A DNA stretch of 64,000 nucleotides from NCBI GenBank assembly GCA_949841465.1, contig CATKZW010000002.1, positions 37,961 to 101,960 of the forward strand. The letters are read 5' to 3'. Each line of letters starts with the position of its first letter. Position 1 is the stretch's first letter. The translations under genes were made by a program, and so were the position numbers. Shown here one piece after another: positions 34,929 to 43,149 of the stretch. This DNA is from an uncultured Oscillospiraceae bacterium (GTDB lineage Bacteria; Bacillota; Clostridia; Oscillospirales; Oscillospiraceae). The notes under the pieces were generated by a model. That model was not told the DNA's origin and searched no databases. It worked only from the letters and a program-made list of their open reading frames with translations.

Positions 34929-35837
34929 ATGAAGCAGGTATGCTTCGGCGTGGACATCGGCGGCACCACGGTTAAGCTGGGCCTGGTGAGCCGGGAGGGG
35001 GAGCTGCTGGACAAGCGGGAATTTCCCACCTTTCGGGATCTGGGAGCCACCTTTGACGACATCGCGGACCATATGCGTCAGGTGATGGAGTCCTTCCCAG
35101 ACTGCCAGTGCGTGGGCGCGGGCGTAGGCGTGCCCGGTCCCATCGTGGAGCAGTCCAGGGTGATTCATTGTGCCAACCTGGGCTGGGAAAACGTAAACGT
35201 GGCGCAGGAGCTGTCCAGCCGGGCCAACGTGCCTGTCCGGGTGGGCAACGACGCGAACCTGGCCGCTCTGGGCGAACAGTGGCAGGGCGCGGGCAAGGGC
35301 TGCCGCAGCCTGGTGATGCTCACTGTGGGCACCGGCATCGGCGGCGGCATCATCTGCGACGGCAGGATCGTGGCCGGGGCCACCGGCGCGGGCGGCGAGG
35401 TGGGCCATATGCCCGTCCCCTTCCACACCGACTGGCAGTGCGGCTGCGGCAAAAAGGGCTGCCTGGAGGTCACCGCCTCCGCCACGGGCATCATCCGAGC
35501 GGCGCGGCAGTTCTCTCCCTTTAAGGAGATGGACAAGGTCACCGCCAAGGACGTGTACGACGCGGCCGCCGCCGGCGACAAGAACGCCGTGGCCGTGGTG
35601 GCGGAGTCCTCCGCCGCCCTGGGGTATGCCGCCGCCGCCATCAGCTGCGTGGTTAATCCGGAGATCATTCTGCTGGGGGGCGGCGTGTCCGCCGCGGGCA
35701 GCGCCCTGCTGGACCCGGTGGAAGCCGCCTTCAAGGCCTTCGCCTTCTCCTCCTGCGCCGGGGCCCGGTTTGCCCTGGCACAGTTGGGCAACAACGCGGG
35801 TATCTACGGCGGCGCGGCCCTGTTCTTCACCGAATAA
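34929..35837 (+). CDS. glcK: ROK family glucokinase
   Basis: GVDIGGT, GNDANLAALGE and GEVGH...CGCGKKGCLE; no HTH. Confidence 0.88.
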   Translation: MKQVCFGVDIGGTTVKLGLVSREGELLDKREFPTFRDLGATFDDIADHMRQVMESFPDCQCVGAGVGVPGPIVEQSRVIHCANLGWENVNVAQELSSRANVPVRVGNDANLAALGEQWQGAGKGCRSLVMLTVGTGIGGGIICDGRIVAGATGAGGEVGHMPVPFHTDWQCGCGKKGCLEVTASATGIIRAARQFSPFKEMDKVTAKDVYDAAAAGDKNAVAVVAESSAALGYAAAAISCVVNPEIILLGGGVSAAGSALLDPVEAAFKAFAFSSCAGARFALAQLGNNAGIYGGAALFFTE

Positions 35838-35903
35838 AGCATTAACGTTTTCTCCGCCCTTCTGGGGCGGAGATGGAAAAATTGAATTGAGGAGTGATCC
35901 ACC

Positions 35904-37166
35904 ATGCTGAAGTTAGACCTGTCTAAGCTGGAGGGCGTGATTTCCCAGGATCAGATCAACGCCATGGCCCCCGAGGTGGAGGCCGCCCACGCCAAGCTCT
36001 ACGACCCTGCGGCCCCCGGCTCCGATTTCGTGGGCTGGGTGCGCCTGCCCGAGGACTACGACAAGGACGAGTTTGCCCGCATCCAGAAGGCCGCCGCCAA
36101 GATTCGCCAGGACTCCCAGGTGCTGGTGGCCATCGGCATCGGCGGGTCCTATCTGGGCGCCCGCACCGCTCTGGAGGTGCTGCCCATCGACGGGCCTGAG
36201 ATCTGCTTTGTGGGCTGCTCGCTCAGCCCCAACGAGCTGCAGAAGGTCATCAAGAAGGTAGAGGGCAAGGACTGGTCCATCAACGTCATCTCCAAGTCCG
36301 GCGGCACCACCGAGCCCGCCGTGGCCTTCCGGGTGTTCCGGGACCTGCTGGTGAAGCAGTACGGCGAGGACGCCGACAAGCGCATCTACGCCACCACCGA
36401 CAAGGCCCGCGGGGCGCTGAAATCCCTGGCCGACTCCAACGGCTGGGAGAGCTTCGTGGTGCCCGACGATGTGGGCGGCCGGTTCTCCGTGCTGTCCGCC
36501 GTGGGTCTGCTGCCCATCGCCGCAGGCGGCATTGACATCGCCGAGCTGATGGGCGGCGCCCGGGACGCCATGAACGCCTACGACAAGCGGGACATGTCCA
36601 ACCCTGTGTGGCAGTATGTGGCCGCCCGCAATCTGCTGTACCGCCAGGGCAAGAAGATCGAGCTGTTCTGCACCTACGAGCCCTCCTACTCCTTCATTGG
36701 CGAGTGGCTGAAGCAGCTGTTCGGCGAGTCCGAGGGCAAGGACGGCAAGGGCATTTTCCCCGCCTCCGCCCAGTTCACCACCGATCTGCACTCCCTGGGG
36801 CAGTATATCCAGGACGGCGAGCGGCACCTGTTTGAGACGGTGATCTATGTGGACGACACCGGATGCGACATCGCCATCCCCTACAGCGACGACAACGGAG
36901 ACAACCTGAACTATCTGGCGGGCAAGCCCCTCAGCTTCGTCCGGGAGATGGCGTTCCAGGGTACCTTGGCCGCCCACCAGGACGGCGGCGCGCCCTCCGT
37001 GGTGCTCCGTCTGGACAAGATGGACGTGCGCGCTTTGGGCGAGCTGTTCTATTTCTTCGAGCTGTCCTGCGGCATCAGCGGTCATATCCTGGGCGTCAAC
37101 CCCTTCAACCAGCCCGGCGTGGAGGCCTACAAGAAGAACATGTTTGCCCTGCTGGGCCGTCCGTAA
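35904..37166 (+). CDS. pgi: Glucose-6-phosphate isomerase
   Basis: IGIGGSYLG, SKSGGTTE, GGRFSVLS, QLFGESEGK and FNQPGVEAYK. Confidence 0.97.
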   Translation: MLKLDLSKLEGVISQDQINAMAPEVEAAHAKLYDPAAPGSDFVGWVRLPEDYDKDEFARIQKAAAKIRQDSQVLVAIGIGGSYLGARTALEVLPIDGPEICFVGCSLSPNELQKVIKKVEGKDWSINVISKSGGTTEPAVAFRVFRDLLVKQYGEDADKRIYATTDKARGALKSLADSNGWESFVVPDDVGGRFSVLSAVGLLPIAAGGIDIAELMGGARDAMNAYDKRDMSNPVWQYVAARNLLYRQGKKIELFCTYEPSYSFIGEWLKQLFGESEGKDGKGIFPASAQFTTDLHSLGQYIQDGERHLFETVIYVDDTGCDIAIPYSDDNGDNLNYLAGKPLSFVREMAFQGTLAAHQDGGAPSVVLRLDKMDVRALGELFYFFELSCGISGHILGVNPFNQPGVEAYKKNMFALLGRP

Positions 37167-37328
37167 GCTCCTTTTTCCTGGGCGCTGCGCCCGTTGCGCG
37201 GGCACGTGCAGCCTGAGCTGCCGTAAGGTAGCCCACGGGAAAAACCGAAAAGGACTTTTGAGCGTTTCCATCGGGACAGTAAAGGCCCATGTTCTCACAA
37301 TCACAAACGCTGCCTTTATCGTCACGCG

Positions 37329-37365
37329 AATCGGCCCTTTCCCACCGGGAAAGGGCCGATTTTTA
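37329..37365. terminator. Bidirectional terminator
   Basis: AATCGGCCCTTTCCC-ACC-GGGAAAGGGCCGATT followed by TTT, between convergent genes. Confidence 0.85.
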
Positions 37366-38076
37366 TGCTTCGGTCTGAATTACCGTCAGTTGGCCGCGGC
37401 CCACCGCCCCCCGCTCCCACAGCAGGGCCAGCGCCTGGTCCGCACAATCCTCGGGGAGCTCCAGCTCCGGCAGCCGCAGGACGAGCCCATCCAGTGAGCC
37501 CCCAGGGTACAGCTCCAGGCGCCGGCCCCACCGTCCCCCGCCGGGGCCAAAGGCCGCCGTCACGTCCGCCCCCGCTGCCGGAGGCGTCACCGGCAGGCCG
37601 AACCTTGCCTGGAGGTAACGGGCATAGTCCAGCCCGCCGGGCACGTCGATGAGCAGGACCCGCACCTGGGGGCAAAGCCGCTCCGCCGCCCCCTCAAGCT
37701 CAGGACACAGCCGGGGCGCGGACAGGGCCACCCGCCCCCGGCGGCGGGGTATTCCCGCCCTGTCCAGCGCCCCCAGGGCCAGCACATCCGCCGTCCCCCG
37801 CCACAGGGGGACCGGGTCCACCGGGCGCAGCAGAGCCAGCCGGTCCCCGTAGGGGAAGTCCGAACCCAGAATCACTCGGCCCGCCCCCGCCCGGACCAGG
37901 GCCCGCTCCGCCTTTCGGAGCCGCCGCCGGAGCCTCCAGGGGGCCAGGCCATCCGGCTCATGGACCACCGCCCGCAGGATGCGCAGCGGCCCCAAAGCCG
38001 TCTCCTCCAGCTGGAGGCGTCCCTTTTCCCGCACCAGCGCCAGCTGCCCTACCATGTACATCACCTCATGGACCAA
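37363..38076 (-). CDS. Hypothetical protein (start uncertain, 38076 or 38061 region)
   Basis: 237-aa ORF filling the gap between terminators, with plausible codon usage; no motif recognised. Confidence 0.6.
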   Translation of the reverse strand: MVHEVMYMVGQLALVREKGRLQLEETALGPLRILRAVVHEPDGLAPWRLRRRLRKAERALVRAGAGRVILGSDFPYGDRLALLRPVDPVPLWRGTADVLALGALDRAGIPRRRGRVALSAPRLCPELEGAAERLCPQVRVLLIDVPGGLDYARYLQARFGLPVTPPAAGADVTAAFGPGGGRWGRRLELYPGGSLDGLVLRLPELELPEDCADQALALLWERGAVGRGQLTVIQTEA

Positions 38077-38160
38077 TATGCTTCAATGCCGGCAAACATG
38101 CGCCGGACAAAGCTGTTGACGGAGTATCACATGATCTGACCCTATGCGCAGGAAAACGGC

Positions 38161-38196
38161 AGCGGTGCCGGGGAGGTGTCCCCGGCGCCGCTTTTT
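38161..38196. terminator. Terminator-like hairpin after the C39-like gene
   Basis: AGCGGTGCCGGGA / TCCCGGCGCCGCT followed by TTTT. Confidence 0.65.
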
Positions 38197-38215
38197 GCTC
38201 TGATCAGCGGTTACG

Positions 38216-39223
38216 TTACCGCTGAAAGCTGATGTAGCCGTAATGGGGGGTGGCGTAATCGGTGAGGCCGAAGGAATATCCCATGGCGGTCAGGCTTTTG
38301 GCCTGGGAGGCCATGGAGCCGGAGCCATTCCTGGCGGGGTCCACGGCCAGGTAGCCCCCCTGGCTGTCCCGGCCCACAATCACGATCCAGTGGTGCCGGG
38401 TGGAGGAGGAGTGGACGGCGGCCACGATGGGGAGCCCGTCGGCCAGGGCGGCGTCTATGGCGGCCTGCAGCTCACCCAGGCTGCCCACATAGCTGTCCGT
38501 CTTGTAGGCGGTCCGATAGACATTCCCGTCGGAGCCTGTGTACAGCTCCCCCTCCAGGCTCCGGCACAGCACGCCGCTGTAGATCATGTCGGCGGTGGCG
38601 TACCGGTTTCCGCCCACAATGAGATTGACCGCCATGGCCGCCGAGGTGGCCTTGCAGGTGTTCGTGTCCTGCCGGAGGAAGGACACCCGGCTCAGGTTGG
38701 CGGCCAGCACCCCGCCGGACGCAGCGGAGGCGGCGGATCGGCCCGGCTTCAGCAGCCTGCCCTGCTTTAACAGCTGGAGCAGGCTGGTGTTTTGGGCCGC
38801 TGAACCGGAATAGCCCGCAATCCCGTTGGCGGAGGCTATCTGGGCGCGGTAGGAGTAGCTGGGGTCTGCGCCCAGGGCGCTCAGCGCGGCCGCGATGGAG
38901 GGCGATTCCCCGGTATAGGCGGGAAAGAAGGGGGAATCGTCCTCCGCCGGGGCGGCGGGGTCGATTAGCACGCCCTTCTTGAGCAGCTCCAGCATCCGGG
39001 TGTTCTGGGCGGCGGTGCCGCGGTAGTCAGTGATGCCGTTGGCGGCGGCGATTTTTGCCCGGCTGGAGTAGGATGGGTCGGCACCCAGAGCGTCCAGCGC
39101 GGCGGCGATAGACGCCGTGCTTCCGGTGTACTGTGGGAAATAGGAGGCCGCGCCGGCAGCGGCGGTGAGTGTGGGGAGCGTCAGGCACAGTGCCAGTGCC
39201 AGCGCGGCAAGTCGTTTCTTCAT
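38216..39223 (-). CDS. Secreted protein: two DUF3597-like cell-wall-binding repeats plus a C39-like cysteine peptidase domain
   Basis: Signal peptide; repeat SIAAAL.ALGADPSYS.RA.IA.ANGI..Y.G.AAQNT twice; QDTNTCKATSAAMA, HHWIVIVG and DPA. Confidence 0.75.
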   Translation of the reverse strand: MKKRLAALALALCLTLPTLTAAAGAASYFPQYTGSTASIAAALDALGADPSYSSRAKIAAANGITDYRGTAAQNTRMLELLKKGVLIDPAAPAEDDSPFFPAYTGESPSIAAALSALGADPSYSYRAQIASANGIAGYSGSAAQNTSLLQLLKQGRLLKPGRSAASAASGGVLAANLSRVSFLRQDTNTCKATSAAMAVNLIVGGNRYATADMIYSGVLCRSLEGELYTGSDGNVYRTAYKTDSYVGSLGELQAAIDAALADGLPIVAAVHSSSTRHHWIVIVGRDSQGGYLAVDPARNGSGSMASQAKSLTAMGYSFGLTDYATPHYGYISFQR

Positions 39224-39427
39224 GGTAAAGACCTTCCTTTCTGTCCGTAGCGTGGGTAGGTATGGGCGGTGGGGCGGTCTGAGGGATAGTGGAGCTCCCG
39301 CCGGCGGGAACTCCATTATCCCTGCAATCTATCAATTCGTCCATAAAAAGGGTTGGCTTTACCGTTTTTCATAAATTGCCCGCATGTAAATATTGGAACG
39401 GCCATTCCGCCGCTTCTGTACTATGGT

Positions 39428-41503
39428 TTAGTTGAACAGCTCCGCATTTTCCTCAAACAGCTCCCGCACCTTCCGTTTCAGCAGCCGGTGGCTGGATTTT
39501 TTCAGCTCCGGGTCAGCGGCAATCAGCGCCTCCGCCGCCTCCCGCGCCTCCTTGAGCAGCTCCATGTCGGCGGCAAAGTCCGCCACCTTCAGCTGGGGCA
39601 GGCCGTGCTGGCGCTTGCCGAAGAAGTCGCCGGGGCCCCGCAGGCGCAGGTCCTCCTCCGCGATTTGGAAGCCGTCGTTGGTGGCGCACAGCGCCCGCAG
39701 GCGCTCCCGAGCCGTCTCGCTGCGGCTGGAGGTGACCAGCACGCACCAGCTCTGGTGCTTCCCCCGGCCCACCCGGCCCCGGAGCTGGTGGAGCTGGCTT
39801 AACCCGAACCGCTCCGCGTTCTCCACCACCATCAGGGAGGCGTTGGGCACGTCCACTCCCACCTCAATGACGGTGGTGGACACCAGCACGTCCAGCTCTC
39901 CCGCCGTGAAGGCGGCCATCACGTCCTCCTTCTCCCTGGATTTCAGCTTTCCGTGGACGAAGCCCACCCGCAGGTCCGGGAACACCCTTTCCTGCAATTC
40001 TTTGGCGTAGGCGGTGACGGCTTTCAGGTCCATGGCCGGGCCGTCCTCCCAGCCGCCGCCGTTCTCCTCCACCGAGGGGCACACGATGTATACCTGCCGT
40101 CCCTCGCCCACCTGCTTGCGGACAAAGCCGTACATCCTCTGCCGCTTATCCTCCCCGATGGCGAAGGTGGACACCGGGGTCCGCCCTGGCGGCAGCTCGT
40201 CCATGATGGACACGTCCAAATCGCCGTAGATGATGAGAGCCAGCGTCCGGGGGATGGGGGTGGCGGACATGACCAGCACGTGGGGGGGGACCGCCCCGCC
40301 CTTTTCCGCCAGCGCCGCCCGCTGGGCCACGCCGAACCGGTGCTGCTCGTCGGCAATGACCAGGCCCAGATCCCGGTACTCCACACCCTGGGAGAACAGG
40401 GCGTGGGTGCCCACAATCAGGTCGATCTCCCCCGCGGCCAGGGCGGCCAGCAGGGCTTTTTTCTCTTTCCCCTTCACCGAGGCGGTGAGCAGGGCCACCC
40501 GCACCCCGGCGGGGGTGAGCAGGGCGTCCATGGTCCGGGCATGCTGCTCCGCCAGCAGCTCGGTGGGAGCCATCAGGGCGCACTGCACCCCGTTTTTCAC
40601 CGCCGCCCAGGCCCCGAAGGCGGCCACCGCCGTCTTGCCGGAGCCCACGTCGCCCTGGACCAGCCGGTTCATGGCCTTGCCCGAACGCAGGTCGGCGGCG
40701 ATGTCCTCCATGGCCCGCCGCTGGGCGTTGGTGGGGGCGAAGGGCAGCAGGGCGGCGAACTCCTCCACCGCGCCCTCTAAGGGCCGTCCCTCCCCGGCCG
40801 AGCGCCGGTCCTTGAGCTGAGCCAGCCCGCAGGTGAGGATGAACAGCTCCTCGAATACCAGCCGCCGCCGGGCCATGGCCAGCTCCTCAAAGGAGGGCGG
40901 GTAGTGGATGTTCTTCCGGGCAAACTGGGTCTGGCAAAGCTGGTGATCCTTGCGCACCTGGGCGGGCAGGACCTCGGGCAGACCGTCCAGGCACTCGTCC
41001 ACCGCCCGGCGGGTGAGCCCGGCCAGCAGGTTATTGGAGATCCCCGCCGTCAGAGGGTATACCGGCATGATGAGCCCCGTGGACCGGGCCGACCCCTCCC
41101 GCTCAAAGACGGGGTTGGTCATGGCGGCCGTCTGCCCCTGGCGCTCCACCGTGCCGTAGAACACGTAGGTCTGTCCGGTGCACATGACCTCCCGGATATA
41201 GTCCTGGTTGAAAAAGGTGATGTTCAGCGTGCCGGTGTCGTCCACCGCCCGCACCTTCACCAGGGTCAGCCCCCGGCGCACAAAGCTCACCCTGGGCGGG
41301 GCCGCCACCATGGCGGCCACACAGCAGGGCCGGTCCTCCGGCGCGTCCGCCACGGCATGGCATTCCCGCCGGTCCTCATACCGCTGGGGCAGATGGTCCA
41401 GGGTGTCCCCCAGGGTGTGCAGGCCCAGCTTCTCCAGTTTTTTCCCCCTGGCGGGTCCCACCCCCGGCAGGTCGGTCAGGGGGGTCTCTCGTGTCAGCGG
41501 CAT
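39428..41503 (-). CDS. recG: ATP-dependent DNA helicase RecG
   Basis: LVQGDVGSGKT, ADEQHRFGV, MSATPIPRTL, VIEVGVDVPNA and RFGLSQLHQLRGRVGRG. Confidence 0.98.
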   Translation of the reverse strand: MPLTRETPLTDLPGVGPARGKKLEKLGLHTLGDTLDHLPQRYEDRRECHAVADAPEDRPCCVAAMVAAPPRVSFVRRGLTLVKVRAVDDTGTLNITFFNQDYIREVMCTGQTYVFYGTVERQGQTAAMTNPVFEREGSARSTGLIMPVYPLTAGISNNLLAGLTRRAVDECLDGLPEVLPAQVRKDHQLCQTQFARKNIHYPPSFEELAMARRRLVFEELFILTCGLAQLKDRRSAGEGRPLEGAVEEFAALLPFAPTNAQRRAMEDIAADLRSGKAMNRLVQGDVGSGKTAVAAFGAWAAVKNGVQCALMAPTELLAEQHARTMDALLTPAGVRVALLTASVKGKEKKALLAALAAGEIDLIVGTHALFSQGVEYRDLGLVIADEQHRFGVAQRAALAEKGGAVPPHVLVMSATPIPRTLALIIYGDLDVSIMDELPPGRTPVSTFAIGEDKRQRMYGFVRKQVGEGRQVYIVCPSVEENGGGWEDGPAMDLKAVTAYAKELQERVFPDLRVGFVHGKLKSREKEDVMAAFTAGELDVLVSTTVIEVGVDVPNASLMVVENAERFGLSQLHQLRGRVGRGKHQSWCVLVTSSRSETARERLRALCATNDGFQIAEEDLRLRGPGDFFGKRQHGLPQLKVADFAADMELLKEAREAAEALIAADPELKKSSHRLLKRKVRELFEENAELFN

Positions 41504-41666
41504 GGTTCAATCACCTCCGGCGGCCTTGCAGGCTCCCGCTGTATTTTTCAACTTGGTTCACTATACCACATTTTCCCCGTCGAAAACAATCCCGGAGGGG
41601 ATTTTTCCCTTTCCGGCTGGTATAAATTGTATCGCCCCCGTCCACAATATGACCGGAGGTGTTGTT

Positions 41667-42443
41667 ATGAACAACAAACGAACATGGATCGAAAAGCTAA
41701 GCGATTTCATCTCAGGAAAGGGTTTCTATCTTGTGGTACTCATCTGTGTGGCCGCCATTGCGCTGTCCGGCTATTATCTGGTCCAAGGGGTGCGCGGCGG
41801 TCTGGACCGGACCCTGGACCAGCCGGTGAGCGGTTCCGCCGCCATCCCGGACACGCCCTCCGCCGCCCCAACTCCGCGGCCCTCCGTCAAGCCCTCTGCT
41901 TCCCCCGCCGTGTCCGCCCAGGTCTCCGCCTCCCCGAGCCCCTCGGCAGCTCCTTCCGCCATGCCTACGCCTTCTCCGGCGCCCTCCGCCGCGCCCGCAT
42001 CCACTCCGGCGCCCTCTCTGGCCCCCGCGCCCCTGGTCTTCACCTGGCCGGTGAAGGGCACGGTGGAGGCCGGGTTCGCCGTGGAGGTGCTGGCCTATAA
42101 CGTGACCATGGGCGACTGGCGCACCCACAGCGGCCTGGACATCTCCGCCGCCTTGGGTACCCAGGTGCTGTCCGCCGCCGCCGGCACGGTGAAGGCGGTG
42201 TATGAGGACGACCTGCTGGGCACCGTGGTGGAGATCGACCACGGGGACGAGCTGGTGAGCCAGTACGCCAACCTGGCCGCCGTGCCCACGGTGTCCGTGG
42301 GGGATCAGGTGGGCACCGGGACGGTGATCGGTTCCGTAGGGGCCACCGCCGCCGCCGAGAGCGGCCAGACCGCCCATCTCCACTTCGCCATGTACCGGAG
42401 CGGAAGCCCCGTGGACCCCGCCGAATACCTGCCGGAGCAGTGA
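41667..42443 (+). CDS. Membrane-anchored M23 family peptidase (SpoIIQ-like)
   Basis: N-terminal KGFYLVVLIC TM helix, Pro/Ser linker, WRTHSGLDI (HxxxD) and HLHFAM (HxH); SD GGAGGTG. Confidence 0.85.
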   Translation: MNNKRTWIEKLSDFISGKGFYLVVLICVAAIALSGYYLVQGVRGGLDRTLDQPVSGSAAIPDTPSAAPTPRPSVKPSASPAVSAQVSASPSPSAAPSAMPTPSPAPSAAPASTPAPSLAPAPLVFTWPVKGTVEAGFAVEVLAYNVTMGDWRTHSGLDISAALGTQVLSAAAGTVKAVYEDDLLGTVVEIDHGDELVSQYANLAAVPTVSVGDQVGTGTVIGSVGATAAAESGQTAHLHFAMYRSGSPVDPAEYLPEQ

Positions 42444-42502
42444 GGCGCTTTCCCGGGAAATCGAACGGCTATTTCACGCAAAGCGTATCCGTTCGGAGCG
42501 CA

Positions 42503-42537
42503 GAGAAGCCCGGCCCCTTTGGGGCCGGGCTTCTCTC
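42503..42537. terminator. Bidirectional terminator
   Basis: GAGAAGCCCGGCCCC-TTT-GGGGCCGGGCTTCTC. Confidence 0.85.
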
Positions 42538-42552
42538 ATAAAAACGGGTGAA

Positions 42553-43062
42553 TTACAGCTTCAGGGAGGGGGCGGAGTAGGTCCGGCCGGCCAGTTCACT
42601 GTTGAGCATGTACAGAGCCTTGGCGTCGCCGCCGAACAGCTCCATCTTGCGGACCATGCCGGAGGAATTGACCTCCTCCTCGCCCTGCTCCTTGACGAAC
42701 CAGTCCAGGAACTGCACGGTGCGGTGATCCTTTGCCTCCAGGGCGGCGTCATAGATGGCGTTGATGAGGCCGGTGACGTACTGCTCGTGGGCGTGGGCGG
42801 CCTTCAGGGGGTCCATCAGCTCCTTGTACTCCTTATCGGGCTTGGCAATGGCGCCCAGGGTGACGGTCTGGTCGTTGTTGTGCAGGTACTTGTAGATGAG
42901 CATGGCGTGGTCCTGCTCCTCCTTGGCCTGGATCTCGTACCAGTTGGCGAAGCCGTCCAGCCCCTGGTTGGCGTAGAAGTTGGCCATATCCAGATACAAA
43001 TAGGCGGAGTACAGCTCCTTGTTCACCTGATCGTTCAGCAGTTCGGCGACTTTTTTGTCCAT
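42553..43062 (-). CDS. ftnA: Non-heme ferritin
   Basis: QVNKELYSAYLY, EEQDHA, HEQYVT and FLDWFVKEQGEEE ferroxidase motifs. Confidence 0.94.
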   Translation of the reverse strand: MDKKVAELLNDQVNKELYSAYLYLDMANFYANQGLDGFANWYEIQAKEEQDHAMLIYKYLHNNDQTVTLGAIAKPDKEYKELMDPLKAAHAHEQYVTGLINAIYDAALEAKDHRTVQFLDWFVKEQGEEEVNSSGMVRKMELFGGDAKALYMLNSELAGRTYSAPSLKL

Positions 43063-43109
43063 AATGGAAAACTCTCCTCGTTTCATTTAGATGTGCGCTC
43101 AGCGGCGCG

Positions 43110-43149
43110 TTTCCATGGAAAAGTATATCACGTTTTTTCCCGGTGTCAA
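43110..43149 (-). promoter_or_regulatory. Ferritin promoter with an adjacent palindrome
   Basis: TTGACA(43149-43144)-16 bp-TATACT(43127-43122) with extended TG; TTTCCATGGAAA at 43110-43121. Confidence 0.65.

Noticed and set aside
37140-37166. pgi truncation or pseudogene (ends LLGRP without the usual short C-terminal helix)
   Set aside because: All catalytic motifs including the final Lys region are present; only a dispensable tail is missing.
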